Assembly: GCA_965262725.1 (NCBI GenBank) | Contig: OZ253555.1 | Span: 2,400,001 to 2,464,000 of the forward strand | DNA: 64,000 nt | From: Dehalococcoidia bacterium | Lineage (GTDB): Bacteria; Chloroflexota; Dehalococcoidia; UBA2979 | Reading direction: 5' to 3' | In this document: positions 10,622 through 20,612 of the stretch, one piece after another | How positions within the stretch are numbered: the stretch's first letter is position 1 | How the letters are laid out: every line of letters begins with the position of its first letter | The notes under the pieces: model-generated | Databases searched by the model: none | Told to the model about the DNA's origin: nothing | Seen by the model: the letters and a program-made list of their open reading frames with translations, nothing else | Program-made: the position numbers and the translations under genes

Positions 10622-11451
10622 ATCGCGGTGGCGGTGGCAGTGGCGATGCTGCTGCAGGCTGCCGGCTAACAAATGATAAGGATGGTGCACTGTGACACCA
10701 GCTTGCGGGACGTGACCGAAGGAGATGGGCCCTGCTCATCGTGCGACCGGTAGCTCTTGAGCGGGGCCCACGCCTCGAGCAGCGTTCCCCTCGACCGTGA
10801 AGTGCTCGGCCGAGAGCAGCCTGCGCCGAGGTCGCCGTGTTCCACGGGGACTCGCAGGAGAGCGGGGACGTGATTGACAGGGGTCCCACGGGCAGGCGCC
10901 TTTCAACGCGGTCAGATCCCCGCGCGTTCGTCTGCAGCTGAGACGGAGGGGCATGCGGCAGCGCACGTTGCGAAGCCCGATGGTTCTTGAGTTCGCCGCC
11001 AGCCGTCCCAGCCTGTGCCACTACCTCGTCTTGGAGCCCTCTCGGAACCTGATATGACGGGCTCACGTGACGTTCCGTCCTGGCTCATCCCACTCCCTTG
11101 CGCCACGCATGCCTACGAAATGCCTACGGAGACGAGGCCCCTTGGCCCTGGCTCTGCCGCTGCCGTCTGGTCTCACCACCGGGCAAACATGGGCATGAAT
11201 GTTCAGCTGTGCGTAACGACGAACGGCGTGGTGTGCACTTGCGGTACACGTTCGCGCCCACGATCGGGCGTAGACCATAGGCGAGAAAGTGCTCTGGGGC
11301 GGGCGACTGCGATGGCCTTCACCCGGACGTGTGGCGATCCGCGGCTCAGGCGAGCGTAGCTGGGAGTCGGGCCGCGCTCACCATCGGCAGGTACGGTCAC
11401 CTGTTCGGCGAGTACACCTGGCTCGCCGCCGTGGACTCTAGATTCCGACTG

Positions 11452-11499
11452 TGGTCGGGGAGACAGGATTTGAACCTGCCGATCTCCTGACCCCCCAGA
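11452..11499 (-). tRNA. 3' half of tRNA-Pro(GGG); att-site-like remnant, not a full gene
   Basis: Minus strand TCTGGGGGGTCAGGAGATCGGCAGGTTCAAATCCTGTCTCCCCGACCA has anticodon loop, T arm and CCA; no 5' acceptor strand or D arm upstream. Confidence 0.75.
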
Positions 11500-11975
11500 T
11501 TGGCTTGCCACGCGCACGGACGCGCAGGTCTGCGTATCGGCGAAAGGGACTACGAAGAGGACCATGAGGGTCTGATTCTCTCCAAGAATCGCCGTCGATC
11601 TTCCGTTCTGTCAGTGGGCGATCGAGGCTCTGGCAACCGGCAGCGCCGGGCTGCTCTGGTGAACCGTTCATGAGTGCAAGAGAGGCGTGCACACCTGAGT
11701 CTTTCCCTGCAATGCCCCGCGAACCTCCCGGCGTAGGGGGCGTGGAACGTGTGGAAGGTGGGGGCGGGAACAGGGGAGGCCCTCTCCGGCCCGGCACGGA
11801 GGCCGTAGTTGCCGTCCCGGACGCCTACACCGCCATCCTCTGCCTCCAAAGGATCGCCTCCGACACGGCTGGGCGCGGGTATCGCATGGCGACAGCTGCT
11901 CTCTGAAAGCAGTATGAAGGACGGATGTCCGGCGGGGTCAAGTAAGGCAGTACGACGCGAGAAGCAAGGTAAGCC

Positions 11976-13697
11976 ATGGGGAGTGTGGTAGTAGCGGTCG
12001 CAGCCCTCGCCACAATTGGGTTGCTGTTCGCGGTGGACCCGGGCGGGGTCATCGCCGAAAGCGGCTTTCCCGACTATCGGGCGATGGACTGGCAGCAGCT
12101 GACGGCATGGGGCTTCCGAACGATAGGCGTAATCGCAGCGCAACTGCTTATTGTCGTGCTGTGGCTGTGGCCCAAGTACCGGGCCCCGCAAACGCTCGAG
12201 GAGCATAAGCGCCCATGGTACTCGGGGACTCCGCAGCTCCGTTCAATGCCCGCCGCGGCGGTATCTGCGCTGGAAGGCCACGCGATATGGTACCCAGCGA
12301 TACTGGCCTCCATCATCGAGATGTGCCAGCGCGGCACGCTGCGAATCGAGGCCGTGGAAACGAGGGTCGGCTTCCTATACCGGCTGTCCCGGCAGGGTCC
12401 CACGCAGCATGACTGGGAGCGGACGATATGCGACAGCCTGCCGTCGCGTTTCACAACGATTGATGCGCTGCATGAAGCGCTCAGCAAGCGCAGAGACGCC
12501 ATCGGTGACCAGCTGGGAGAGTACCTGCAGCAGCGTGGCCTGTTCCATGACAACCCGGTACGAGTAAGGAGGGAGAATACCGGGGACGGGATCGAATGGG
12601 CCATGTTGGCCGGGGCTCTGATGGGCGTTGGCAGCGGGCTCTGGACGGCTCTCTGGCTGGCCCAGTGGTGGGCGAACGCTCTGATCGGCGCGCTCACGGG
12701 CCTCGTATATCTGCTGATGGCGACAGAGGTACGAACGGGCATGCTGACGCCAACGCCGGCGGGGGCACGTGAGATAAGCCGGTGGCTTGGTTTGAAAGAG
12801 ACCCTGACCGGATCTGAACGGACGGGTGCTCGGGACCAATCCGATTCCATGCTGGCCTACGGCGTCGCCCTGGATGTGGCCCAGCCGTGGCTCGGCGTTG
12901 CGGCCTCGGCTCCACCGTGGTTCGGATCCGACGGGGCATCCTCCGTACAGGGCGCCGACCTGGACACGGCCTATTCCGGCTTCATGCACGCTCTGCAGTG
13001 GGGCCTGACCGGACGGTCGGGCGACGCGGCGAACGCGGCTGCGGGGCCAGGTTATGAATTAGAGCTCGAACTGCTCGAATTGGAGTCGCCGGATACCGAG
13101 GAGGCTGCTCACCGCGGGACTGCCGACGAAACTGGAGAGCTTGCGCGTGAGTTGAAGGCGCAGAGCAGTCCTCCGGCAGCCCCGGCGGGGGCGCTGTCGA
13201 GGGAATACCAGACTCAGTGGTGGGAGGGGCCGGCTGAGGAGGCGAAAGGTGGCGGATGCCTCCGCGGGTGCCTCACATGGATCGTGAGCACGGTGGGCAT
13301 AGGGGTGATGGTCCTGGTCGTCCTGTTCAGCCTCGACGTGGTCTCGCCGCGCGCCAAGCCGTGTCCCCTGGAATCTCCCGGGATCCCGTCGCCCGCGCAG
13401 ATCGCGGTGGCCGGTGACCTGTTCCGCGATGCCTGCGTGAGGGTCAGCGGTACGGTCGTGTTCCAGGACATCGACGAGCTACTGCTTGAGATGGACCGGG
13501 GGGAGTATGTGCAACGGGTGAGCGTCCGCGGACCTGCGGACGTCTTCGAAGCAGCCTCCCCTGGCGACGCGGTGACCCTGGCCGGATGGCTCAGAGTGGA
13601 GGAGGACGGGACATACGCAGTCCATTTCGTACCGGATTTCGGGTCGGACCGGGGGTGGTGGCGGAACCTCCGGGAGAACCTCGAAGGATTGTTCTAG
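11976..13697 (+). CDS. Membrane protein with DUF2207-like C-terminal region and an OB-fold-like extracellular end
   Basis: Several TM segments; ILASIIEMCQRGTLRIE, LTPAG...W, LAYGVAL; final TM followed by CVRVSGTV...AVTLAG. Confidence 0.65.
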   Translation: MGSVVVAVAALATIGLLFAVDPGGVIAESGFPDYRAMDWQQLTAWGFRTIGVIAAQLLIVVLWLWPKYRAPQTLEEHKRPWYSGTPQLRSMPAAAVSALEGHAIWYPAILASIIEMCQRGTLRIEAVETRVGFLYRLSRQGPTQHDWERTICDSLPSRFTTIDALHEALSKRRDAIGDQLGEYLQQRGLFHDNPVRVRRENTGDGIEWAMLAGALMGVGSGLWTALWLAQWWANALIGALTGLVYLLMATEVRTGMLTPTPAGAREISRWLGLKETLTGSERTGARDQSDSMLAYGVALDVAQPWLGVAASAPPWFGSDGASSVQGADLDTAYSGFMHALQWGLTGRSGDAANAAAGPGYELELELLELESPDTEEAAHRGTADETGELARELKAQSSPPAAPAGALSREYQTQWWEGPAEEAKGGGCLRGCLTWIVSTVGIGVMVLVVLFSLDVVSPRAKPCPLESPGIPSPAQIAVAGDLFRDACVRVSGTVVFQDIDELLLEMDRGEYVQRVSVRGPADVFEAASPGDAVTLAGWLRVEEDGTYAVHFVPDFGSDRGWWRNLRENLEGLF

Positions 13698-13940
13698 ACG
13701 GACGAAGGAAGTCGGGCCCTCCTTTCGACTCTTGAAGGCCCAAAGTGCTCTCAAGAGTCCGCTCTCGCCGTCGTAGCAGACCTGATCGCGGCGATCGCAC
13801 AACGGGGGCTACCCGTACAGTAGGAGTCGCTACTCGTCTCTCGGTGGCTGGCGAAAGCCAGAGTTTGCCGCTCGGGGGGACCCTCTCCGGTAGAGAGTGA
13901 CAGCAGCGTCGGCCCTGCGCGCCGTCAGCGATTCTAGAGC

Positions 13941-14215
13941 TGACCCGACCCCCTGAAACGGGACCGCTGTTGCGGGAGGCGGAGCGGCTGCTCGGCGAAG
14001 GGCAGACGATCGCCGAGGCGGCGAAGCAGGTCGAGATCTCGGAGCAGACCTACCACCGCTGGCGCAACCAGTACGGCGGGATGAAGGCCGACGACGCCAG
14101 GCGGCTGCGCGAGCTGGAGCGCGAGAACGCGCGTCTGAAGCGGATCGTCGCCGACAAGGAACTCGAGATCGACGCGCTCAAGGAGATCGCCCAGAGGAAA
14201 CTGGTAAGCGCGTGA
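13941..14215 (+). mobile_element. IS3-family remnant: IR plus truncated OrfA
   Basis: TGACCCGACCCCCTG end; EISEQTYHRWRNQYGGMKADDARRLRELERENARLK; GGAAACTGGTAAG at the OrfA end; OrfB absent. Confidence 0.8.
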
Positions 14216-14220
14216 CGCGG

Positions 14221-14345
14221 ACGTCACTGGGGCCGGTCACCGTGATCGGCGTCTGCATTCCGTGGTTCGGGTCGCGGACCGAGGCGAGACGCGGGGGGTA
14301 CCGCAAGCGGCGGTGGGAGGACCATGCACAGTACCTGGCGAGCCA
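14221..14345 (+). pseudogene. Short coding fragment, possibly endonuclease/exonuclease/phosphatase family
   Basis: TSLGPVTVIGVCIPWFGSRTEARRGGYRKRRWEDHAQYL; family assignment from memory. Confidence 0.35.
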
Positions 14346-14552
14346 CCGAAGTGGGCGGATGTAATGAGGGGCCTGCCACCGGAGACGCAAGCGCACATCA
14401 ACGCGACAAGGGACCAGCGGGATCACTGATCTCGGCGTTCGGCGTTCCCACTCCCCGGTTGGCATACAAGATCAGTGCCTGGGTGCACACGACGGCCGAG
14501 AGGCTGAGCGGGTGCTCCGTCTTGCAAGGTGGCGCGTAGACTGGTACGGTGC

Positions 14553-14580
14553 CGGTGGAGGGTCGGGGAATCGAGCCCCG
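14553..14580 (-). other. Degenerate tRNA-Ala/tmRNA-like 3' end (possible old att site)
   Basis: Minus strand CGGGGCTCGATTCCCCGACCCTCCACCG resembles a T arm plus CTCCACCA. Confidence 0.35.
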
Positions 14581-14770
14581 CAGGTGCGGGATCCACAGGC
14601 CAACGTGTGCACTAGCCAAGGCCCACAACGAAGCGGCCCCGCGGTGTGACGCTGCGGAGCCGCTTACCGCAGCGGAACTGCCAATGCCGTACCACTCAGC
14701 GCAGCACGAATGCGACACCCGGCGCCACGAGGCCCGCGAGGCCCGCTGGTGGCGGTCGCGTTCCGTGCTC

Positions 14771-15202
14771 ATGGGGGGACCGCTCGCGGCGCTGGTGGTG
14801 CTCAGCGTCGTCATTGTCGCGTGCTCCGGCGAGGGAAACGTGTTCTCGCTGAAGGTGGGAGACTGCTTCAATCAGGGGAACGAGGAAGAGGTCGAGAACG
14901 TCGCACTCGTCGACTGCGACGAGCTGCACCAATACGAGGTATTCGCGGCTGCCGATGTCGAGGCGCCCAACGATGCGCAGTTCCCAGGGTCCGCCCAGCT
15001 CGAGTTCGTCGCGTTCAGCCTTTGCCTCGATTACTTCGACGAGTACGTGGGGGAAACCTACGAGAACTCGCTGCTCGACATTCAAACGCTGTCCCCCAGC
15101 CGGGACTCGTGGGAGGGCGCCGGCGATCGCGAGGTGGTCTGCACGCTCTTCGACCTCGAGGATCTGTACATGGAGGGGTCGATGAAGGGGAGCCGCCGGT
15201 AG
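14771..15202 (+). CDS. Septum-formation-family (Septum_form) lipoprotein
   Basis: Lipobox VIVAC; LKVGDCF, VDCDELHQYEV, PSRDSWEGAGDREVVC. Confidence 0.8.
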   Translation: MGGPLAALVVLSVVIVACSGEGNVFSLKVGDCFNQGNEEEVENVALVDCDELHQYEVFAAADVEAPNDAQFPGSAQLEFVAFSLCLDYFDEYVGETYENSLLDIQTLSPSRDSWEGAGDREVVCTLFDLEDLYMEGSMKGSRR

Positions 15203-15401
15203 GCGCGTTGGCCAGCGCTGACAGCCGCTCAGCTCGTCACGGCTTCGTCGATACCGAGTTCCGCACAAGGAGCAAGCCCGCCGGACGCTTGGCTGTCGTG
15301 TCTGTAGCCCACTACAGCGCCGCCGCCTACTCGATGCTAGCTCGGCCTCCAGTGCTGGTGGACGCGCAGGCCGCCTCCCTTCCTCCGTGAGTCTGTCGCG
15401 G

Positions 15402-15476
15402 ACTTGCGCGATCACGGACAGCGGGGACGTGGTCTGCTGGGAAGAAGCAGAGTACAGGACCACGATGTTCCTCTGA
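15402..15476 (+). pseudogene. Orphan 3' fragment of an RCC1-repeat gene
   Basis: TCAITDSGDVVCWEEAEYRTTMFL*. Confidence 0.55.
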
Positions 15477-15827
15477 TCACTGGCCCCACGGCGTTGGGCG
15501 TCGTGGAGCTCGACGAGACGCCGGTCGGTGGCGAGGCTACCCGGGTAGGGGACACGGTCACCGTCGCAGCGAGACTTGGATCGCCGGCGCCGATCTCGGC
15601 GAGGATCCGGCCGTCGTCTCTCGATCGGCGTCAATCGCGCCGTTGTGTTGCCGTCGTTACTCGCTGCTGCTCCGGGACGCGTTGCCGCCGGCGCCGCCGG
15701 GGGATGGCCATCTCGGCCGCCGACCCACCCGTCGGAGCTGGCCGCCGCGACGGCCTCGCCCGCGGCCATGGCGCCCACCGCCACCCCGCCCCGGCATCCG
15801 CGTGGTCTGCGCCGCGCCTGCACAAGC

Positions 15828-15885
15828 GTCCGGCCGGGTCCGGCCGGGTCCGGCCGGACAGATCGGACCTGCCCGGCCGGACCCC
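15828..15885. repeat. 3x GTCCGGCCGG tandem repeat plus inverted copy forming a hairpin just downstream of the minus-strand operon (possible terminator)
   Basis: Units at 15828, 15838 and 15848; CCGGCCGGAC at 15873. Confidence 0.5.
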
Positions 15886-15903
15886 GTGACGGGAGCGAGG
15901 CTC

Positions 15904-16221
15904 CTAGATTCGCCAGGCCGGAGGCTGACCGTCGTTGAGGGCAACGAGCGCGTCGCGGATCGGCTGCGGCAGACTGGCCCAGGACGGCAACTCGTAGCCG
16001 TCGAACTCGGCGACGCGCGCCCACTCCTCCGGGGCGACCTCCTCCTCGATGATTTCGATCCCGTAGTTGTGCAACCCCCAGATCTGTGTGCGGCAACGGT
16101 AGGGGCCGGCCGCCTCGATGGCGGCGGCGACCTCGTCGGTGAAGTTGGGACCATCGCCGTCGTCGAAGCCGAACTTCGAAAACGCGTCGGTGATCTCCCA
16201 GCAGATGATCCGTCGTGGCAT
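15904..16221 (-). CDS. Hypothetical protein (105 aa)
   Basis: GAGGGAG RBS before ATG; MPRRIICWEITDAFSKFGFDDGDG. Confidence 0.7.
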   Translation of the reverse strand: MPRRIICWEITDAFSKFGFDDGDGPNFTDEVAAAIEAAGPYRCRTQIWGLHNYGIEIIEEEVAPEEWARVAEFDGYELPSWASLPQPIRDALVALNDGQPPAWRI

Positions 16222-16343
16222 CAGGTTCTCCCTCTCTCTCAGTGCTGTCGTGTGTGGCGAGGCGGGACCGGGGCGGCGGTCCGGCGTGACCTCCGGCGGT
16301 GCGCACCAGGCGCCGCCCCGCCGTGTGCCCGGTCTCGACCGGG

Positions 16344-17243
16344 TCAGGCCTCCGCTTCCGGCGGCTCCGGCGTCTCGGGACTGCGCCGGAGGATGTGATC
16401 GGCGGCGCGTTGTCCCTGCGCGGCGGCGACCACGACCAGGCGTCGGTCGTCGTCGAGCACGCGCAGCCACGAGGCGATGTACGCAGCGGACTGCTCAACC
16501 CGGGAGGGGTCGATGCCGACCTCGCTCCCGAGGAAGGCGGCCGCGAACTCCGCCACGAGCTCCTCCTGCGAGTAGCGCTCGGAGCCGAAGCGGGCGGCCG
16601 TCCGGTAGCCCTCGCGCGCGAGGCGGCTCGGGTGCCCGGTGGAGTGGGCGAGCTCGTGGAAGAGCGTCGCGTAGTAGCCGTGCGCATCCGAGAAGGCTGC
16701 GCGCGGCGGCACGTGCACCTCGTCGTGCTCGGGGACGTAGTAGGCGCCTGCGGCGTCCCAGTGGAGCGTCGGTGGGTCCCGGTAGCCCGCGATCACCGCC
16801 TCCGCGCGTTCCAGCGGATCCGGGCAGCCGCCGTCCACCCGTGCGGGCAGCGTCACGCCCTCGCACTGGTCGACGTTGAAGACGGAGTAGAGGCGGATGA
16901 GCGGGAAGCGCTCGACGCGCTCGGGATCCTCCCGATCCCTCCGCTCGAGCCACTTCCAGAGCACGACCCGGGTGCCGTGCTCGCCGCGGCGGACGTGCCC
17001 GCCCGCGGCTTCGGCCTGGCGGTAGGTGAGCCAGCGCGGGTCGCTCCAGCCCCGCTCGAGCGCGGTCATCTGGAGGACGAGCGTGTTGATGCCGCGGTAG
17101 GGGCGGTTGGAGCGGGCGTTGCGATGCCCGCGTGCGCGCCACGGCGTGCGCCACGGCACGGTGCCGCGCTCAAGCGCGGCCATGATGCGGCCGGTGATCT
17201 CCTGGTAGGGGTCGGTCCGGCCGCCCGGCTGTCTACGCCGCAC
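16344..17243 (-). CDS. ardC: ArdC-family ssDNA-binding/antirestriction protein with zincin-like domain
   Basis: DPYQEITGRI...GTVPWRTPW, RPYRGIN, WLTYRQA, VFNVDQ, YYATLFHELAHSTGHPSRL, EELVAE; start inferred. Confidence 0.9.
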   Translation of the reverse strand: MRRRQPGGRTDPYQEITGRIMAALERGTVPWRTPWRARGHRNARSNRPYRGINTLVLQMTALERGWSDPRWLTYRQAEAAGGHVRRGEHGTRVVLWKWLERRDREDPERVERFPLIRLYSVFNVDQCEGVTLPARVDGGCPDPLERAEAVIAGYRDPPTLHWDAAGAYYVPEHDEVHVPPRAAFSDAHGYYATLFHELAHSTGHPSRLAREGYRTAARFGSERYSQEELVAEFAAAFLGSEVGIDPSRVEQSAAYIASWLRVLDDDRRLVVVAAAQGQRAADHILRRSPETPEPPEAEA

Positions 17244-17442
17244 CGGGGTCGTCCCCGCGAGGGCGCGGCTCGAGACGCTCGTAGAGCGTGAGACGGATCG
17301 CCCGCGCCTGGGGGCGATCGGCATCGACGGCCTGGATGAGGCAGGCCCGGAAGCCCGGGATCGGGCATTCGGGCAGCGGGATCCGGGCGACGTCGTAGCG
17401 TCCGTGGCGCGTCTCGATGACGCGGCTGGGGCGGTAGGCCAT
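17233..17442 (-). CDS. Small hypothetical protein (69 aa)
   Basis: Starts 5 bp after the Rad52-like stop and overlaps the ardC start. Confidence 0.5.
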   Translation of the reverse strand: MAYRPSRVIETRHGRYDVARIPLPECPIPGFRACLIQAVDADRPQARAIRLTLYERLEPRPRGDDPGAA

Positions 17443-17447
17443 CTGCG

Positions 17448-18122
17448 TCAGGCCGCCCGGGCCCCGTTGCGGCGGTGGAGTCCGCGCGAGAGCGCGTCCA
17501 CGCAGGCGAGGAGCGACGGCGCGTCGAGCTCTGCGAGCGGGCGCCCGTAGCGCTGCTCGACCCAGGCGCGCGTGCGCGCCTCGTCGGCGCCTGCTCCGGC
17601 CGCGATCTCCAGCACCCGGCGGCGAAGTTCGCCGGGCGCGGCCCCGGCTCCGACCGGGGATGCGCCGCCCGGCACGGCGCCGAGCCCGTTGCCGAAGCGC
17701 GCCCCGAAGTGCCGGAGCGCGCGCTTCAGCCCGTCGGTGACGGCGGCCTTGGAGGCGGCCGCGTGTTCCTGTGCCGTCTGGTTCCGGGCGGCGGCCGTGC
17801 CCACGTCGCTGTGAGGCGGGCAGTCCCTGACGGTGACCCGGACGGTCGCCGTGTAGATGCCGGCAGGAGCGTTGCCGCCGCTGCCTCCCGCGGGCAGCAG
17901 CCGGTAGGCGACCTCGCCCACCACTTCAGCACCCCAGCCGTCGTGTCCGAAGACCGCGTTGGCCTGCTCGATGGCCCGCCAGCCCTCGAGGTAGCGGAGT
18001 ATCTCTCCCTCCTCGGTGATGCGCTCCGACACGAGTTCCGGGTCGAGCGGTCGTGCGAGCTGCTCGAGCGCGGCCCGGCTCAGGCGGCGCGTGCGCGCCG
18101 CTCGCCGTCTGACTTCAGCCAT
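17448..18122 (-). CDS. Rad52/Rad22-family single-strand annealing protein (Sak-like)
   Basis: LRYLEGWRAIEQANAVFGHDGW, YTATVRVTV, HSDVG, KAAVTDGLKRALRHFG..FGNGL; GAAGGA RBS. Confidence 0.88.
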   Translation of the reverse strand: MAEVRRRAARTRRLSRAALEQLARPLDPELVSERITEEGEILRYLEGWRAIEQANAVFGHDGWGAEVVGEVAYRLLPAGGSGGNAPAGIYTATVRVTVRDCPPHSDVGTAAARNQTAQEHAAASKAAVTDGLKRALRHFGARFGNGLGAVPGGASPVGAGAAPGELRRRVLEIAAGAGADEARTRAWVEQRYGRPLAELDAPSLLACVDALSRGLHRRNGARAA

Positions 18123-19168
18123 GATTCCTTCTCTCTTTCGCGTGCTTCGTGGAGCGAACGCAGGAACGCCGCGCGTCCATCGCGGCGCCGTCCCAGTTCG
18201 CTGATGTCGTGCGCCCCACCGGGGAGCGGCACGACGATCGCCCTCGTCTTGAGTGCGGAGACGAGGCGGTCGGCGGCCAGTCGACCGGGGTCGTCGGCGT
18301 CGAGCGCGAGGTAGACGCGCCCGAGGGAGCGGAGGGCGTCGAGCGCCTCCCGCGAGACGTGAGTGCCGAGCAGGGCGACAGCCGGCAGCCGCCACGCGCA
18401 GAGGGTCAGCCAGTCGAAGGGACCCTCGGTCACCACGACGGCTGAGGCCTGTGCCCGGCGTACCTGCGCGAGGCCGAGCAGCGGCGACGGCAGGCGCAGG
18501 TTGAGGTAGCGGGGCTCCCGGCCATCAAGTGACCGCGCGGTGAGCCAGGTCGCGAGACCCCGAGCGTCGAGGTCCGGAACGACGATGCGGCCTGAGAGCG
18601 TGTCGCGATCGCCGGTCAGGAGGCCCAGCCCGCGGGCCGTCTCGAGCCCGAGCCTCGAGCGCTCCAGGTGACGCGCGAGCCCACTGCCCGCGAAGCCGAT
18701 GCGCAGCCCGGCAGCGACGCCGTCGTCGATCCCGCGGCCGTGGAGGTACGAGCGAGCCTCGCGGCTGCGCCCGCACTGCCCGGCGTAGAGGGAGGCGGCG
18801 GCCTCGATGACCGCCGCCTCCTCCGCGGCCACCGCCCGGATGGGTCGCCGAGGCGGGGACTGCGGGGCGGCGGCGGGCGGTGGGCGCCCTCCACCGGCTC
18901 TGCCCGCAAGCAGCGCGGCCGTCTCCCGGAACGCGGTTCCGTGCAGCCGGCCGATGAAGTCGAACACGTCGCCGCCCGCGTCGCAGCCGAAGCAGAAGTA
19001 GCTGCTCGTCTCCTCGTAGACCACGAGGCTCGGGGTGCGGTCCTCGTGGAACGGGCAGAGCCCGACCAGGCGGCGGCCCGAGCGCCGGAGCTCGACTCCG
19101 GAGCCCGATACCGCGTGCGCGATCGGGTGTGCCGCCCGTATCGCCTCGATGTCGAAGAGCTCAGCCAC
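18080..19168 (-). CDS. DnaG-like DNA primase (CHC2 zinc finger + TOPRIM)
   Basis: GLCPFHEDRTPSL, YFCFGCDAGGDV, GRIVVP, RYLNL, VVTEGPFD, LALDADDPG; GTG start overlaps upstream stop. Confidence 0.9.
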   Translation of the reverse strand: MAELFDIEAIRAAHPIAHAVSGSGVELRRSGRRLVGLCPFHEDRTPSLVVYEETSSYFCFGCDAGGDVFDFIGRLHGTAFRETAALLAGRAGGGRPPPAAAPQSPPRRPIRAVAAEEAAVIEAAASLYAGQCGRSREARSYLHGRGIDDGVAAGLRIGFAGSGLARHLERSRLGLETARGLGLLTGDRDTLSGRIVVPDLDARGLATWLTARSLDGREPRYLNLRLPSPLLGLAQVRRAQASAVVVTEGPFDWLTLCAWRLPAVALLGTHVSREALDALRSLGRVYLALDADDPGRLAADRLVSALKTRAIVVPLPGGAHDISELGRRRDGRAAFLRSLHEAREREKESWLKSDGERRARAA

Positions 19169-19463
19169 CGCGCGTGAGCTCGAGCAGGCGCCGCCAGAAG
19201 CAGACCTCCTCGAGCGTGAGCCTCTCGTCGGCACCCCAGCCGCCCGGCAGATGCCGCCCGAGCAGCACCCCCGGCGGGTCGCCGGACTCCCAGTAGCGGA
19301 GATGGAGCTCCGCCTCGCTGCCGCACTCGCCCAGCCGGGCGAGCAGTGCCGAGACGGCGGGCCTCGCCGCCTCGCGTCGCTCCTCGGGCCAGCCGAGGTA
19401 CTGCTCGTAGCTGCGCTCCCAGACGGCTCGCACCGCCAGCCGGAAGCGACTCTCCTTCTGCAT
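19161..19463 (-). CDS. Hypothetical protein (100 aa)
   Basis: GAGGAAGGA RBS; coupled to the primase gene. Confidence 0.7.
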   Translation of the reverse strand: MQKESRFRLAVRAVWERSYEQYLGWPEERREAARPAVSALLARLGECGSEAELHLRYWESGDPPGVLLGRHLPGGWGADERLTLEEVCFWRRLLELTRGG

Positions 19464-19558
19464 GTCGCACGTCCTTCCTCGGACACTCGCTGGACACACG
19501 CCGATCGCTTCGCGCCCGCGGGCGGGCGCACGCCATCCCACGGGTGGGCATGACGAAG

Positions 19559-19584
19559 TCGGGGCCGCCCGAAGGCGGCCCCGA
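19559..19584. terminator. Strong hairpin (UUCG loop on the minus strand) inside the operon
   Basis: Minus strand TCGGGGCCGCC-TTCG-GGCGGCCCCGA; weak U tail. Confidence 0.45.
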
Positions 19585-19616
19585 AAATGACGGCGGTGCC
19601 GGTGATGGAGAGGGGG

Positions 19617-20603
19617 TCAGGCGAGCGGGCGAGCACCCCTGAGCGCCTGCGGGGCGAAGCGGCGGCCGCGCTCCCAGCGCCTGAGGCCGAGCGCCGAGAC
19701 GACCTCCCAGCCGCCGTCCGCGGTGGGGATCAGCACGGCCCCCCGGCCGAAGCCGGCGCGGTAGTGGATCGCCGCCAGCAGGTCCAGGCGGCGGCAGGCG
19801 GTGAGCCAGCAGCCGTAGAGGTGGCGTGCCAGCTCGTCCGGCAGCCCGTCCAGGTCGGTAGCTTCCAGCAACTCGATCGCGCGGACCGGCTCACGCCGGT
19901 GCACACGCCGCGCCTCGCGGAGCGCCGCCTCCGCGGCCCTCGTCTTGACTGCCTGCTCGCGCCGCCGTAGCGTTGCGAACGTACGTTCGAGGTCCGGTGC
20001 GCTGCTGATCTTCTTGTGCAGGGAATCCAGCAGCCGCCGGGCCTCACTAATCCTTCCGCCGTCCAGGTGGTCCCCGGCCAGCTCCAGCTCGCCCTGCATC
20101 CGCACCTCCTCTTCATGCGCCTGCTCCTCCGCCAGCAGCCGGGCGATGCCCTCGCGCTCGGCGAGCGCCGCGGCCTCGCGTTCCAGCACGGCGGCGTGCG
20201 CCTCCGCCTGGTTCACGAGCCGGCCCGCCTCCGCCGCCACGCTCTCGGCCCGCCGCCGGGCCGCGGGCTCGAAGGCCGACTGAGCGAGCACGCCGGCACG
20301 GCCCGCGGCCTCACCCAGCTCCGAGGCGATCTCTCGCAGGCGAGCGGCTTCGCCCTGGACCGCCCGCAGGCGGCCGAGACCCTGCTCCGCCTCGAGGCGG
20401 CGCTCGCCGTCACGCGCGAGCAACTCCTGCAGCTCATCCAGCGCCCGCCGCGCCGCCTGCGCGACCGCCTCGATCTCCTCCGGACCGGTGTTCCGGATCA
20501 CGGGCACGAGCGCCCGTGCCTCGGGGACCGGCCCCACCTCCGCGAACAGCCCGCGGACTCCTGCCAGCTCACCCAGACTCGTGAGCACCACTTGCTGCGT
20601 CAC
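19617..20603 (-). CDS. Hypothetical coiled-coil protein (328 aa)
   Basis: GGGATGGAAG RBS; long Ala/Glu/Arg-rich helical region with a small globular C-terminus. Confidence 0.75.
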   Translation of the reverse strand: MTQQVVLTSLGELAGVRGLFAEVGPVPEARALVPVIRNTGPEEIEAVAQAARRALDELQELLARDGERRLEAEQGLGRLRAVQGEAARLREIASELGEAAGRAGVLAQSAFEPAARRRAESVAAEAGRLVNQAEAHAAVLEREAAALAEREGIARLLAEEQAHEEEVRMQGELELAGDHLDGGRISEARRLLDSLHKKISSAPDLERTFATLRRREQAVKTRAAEAALREARRVHRREPVRAIELLEATDLDGLPDELARHLYGCWLTACRRLDLLAAIHYRAGFGRGAVLIPTADGGWEVVSALGLRRWERGRRFAPQALRGARPLA

Positions 20604-20612
20604 CTTCCATCC

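Noticed and set aside
11452-11540. Complete tRNA-Pro gene
   Set aside because: No 5' acceptor strand or D arm upstream of the anticodon loop
14696-16687. Long Arg/Pro-rich shadow ORFs (this and many similar ones in the track)
   Set aside because: Typical off-frame or antisense ORFs of GC-rich DNA overlapping better-supported genes
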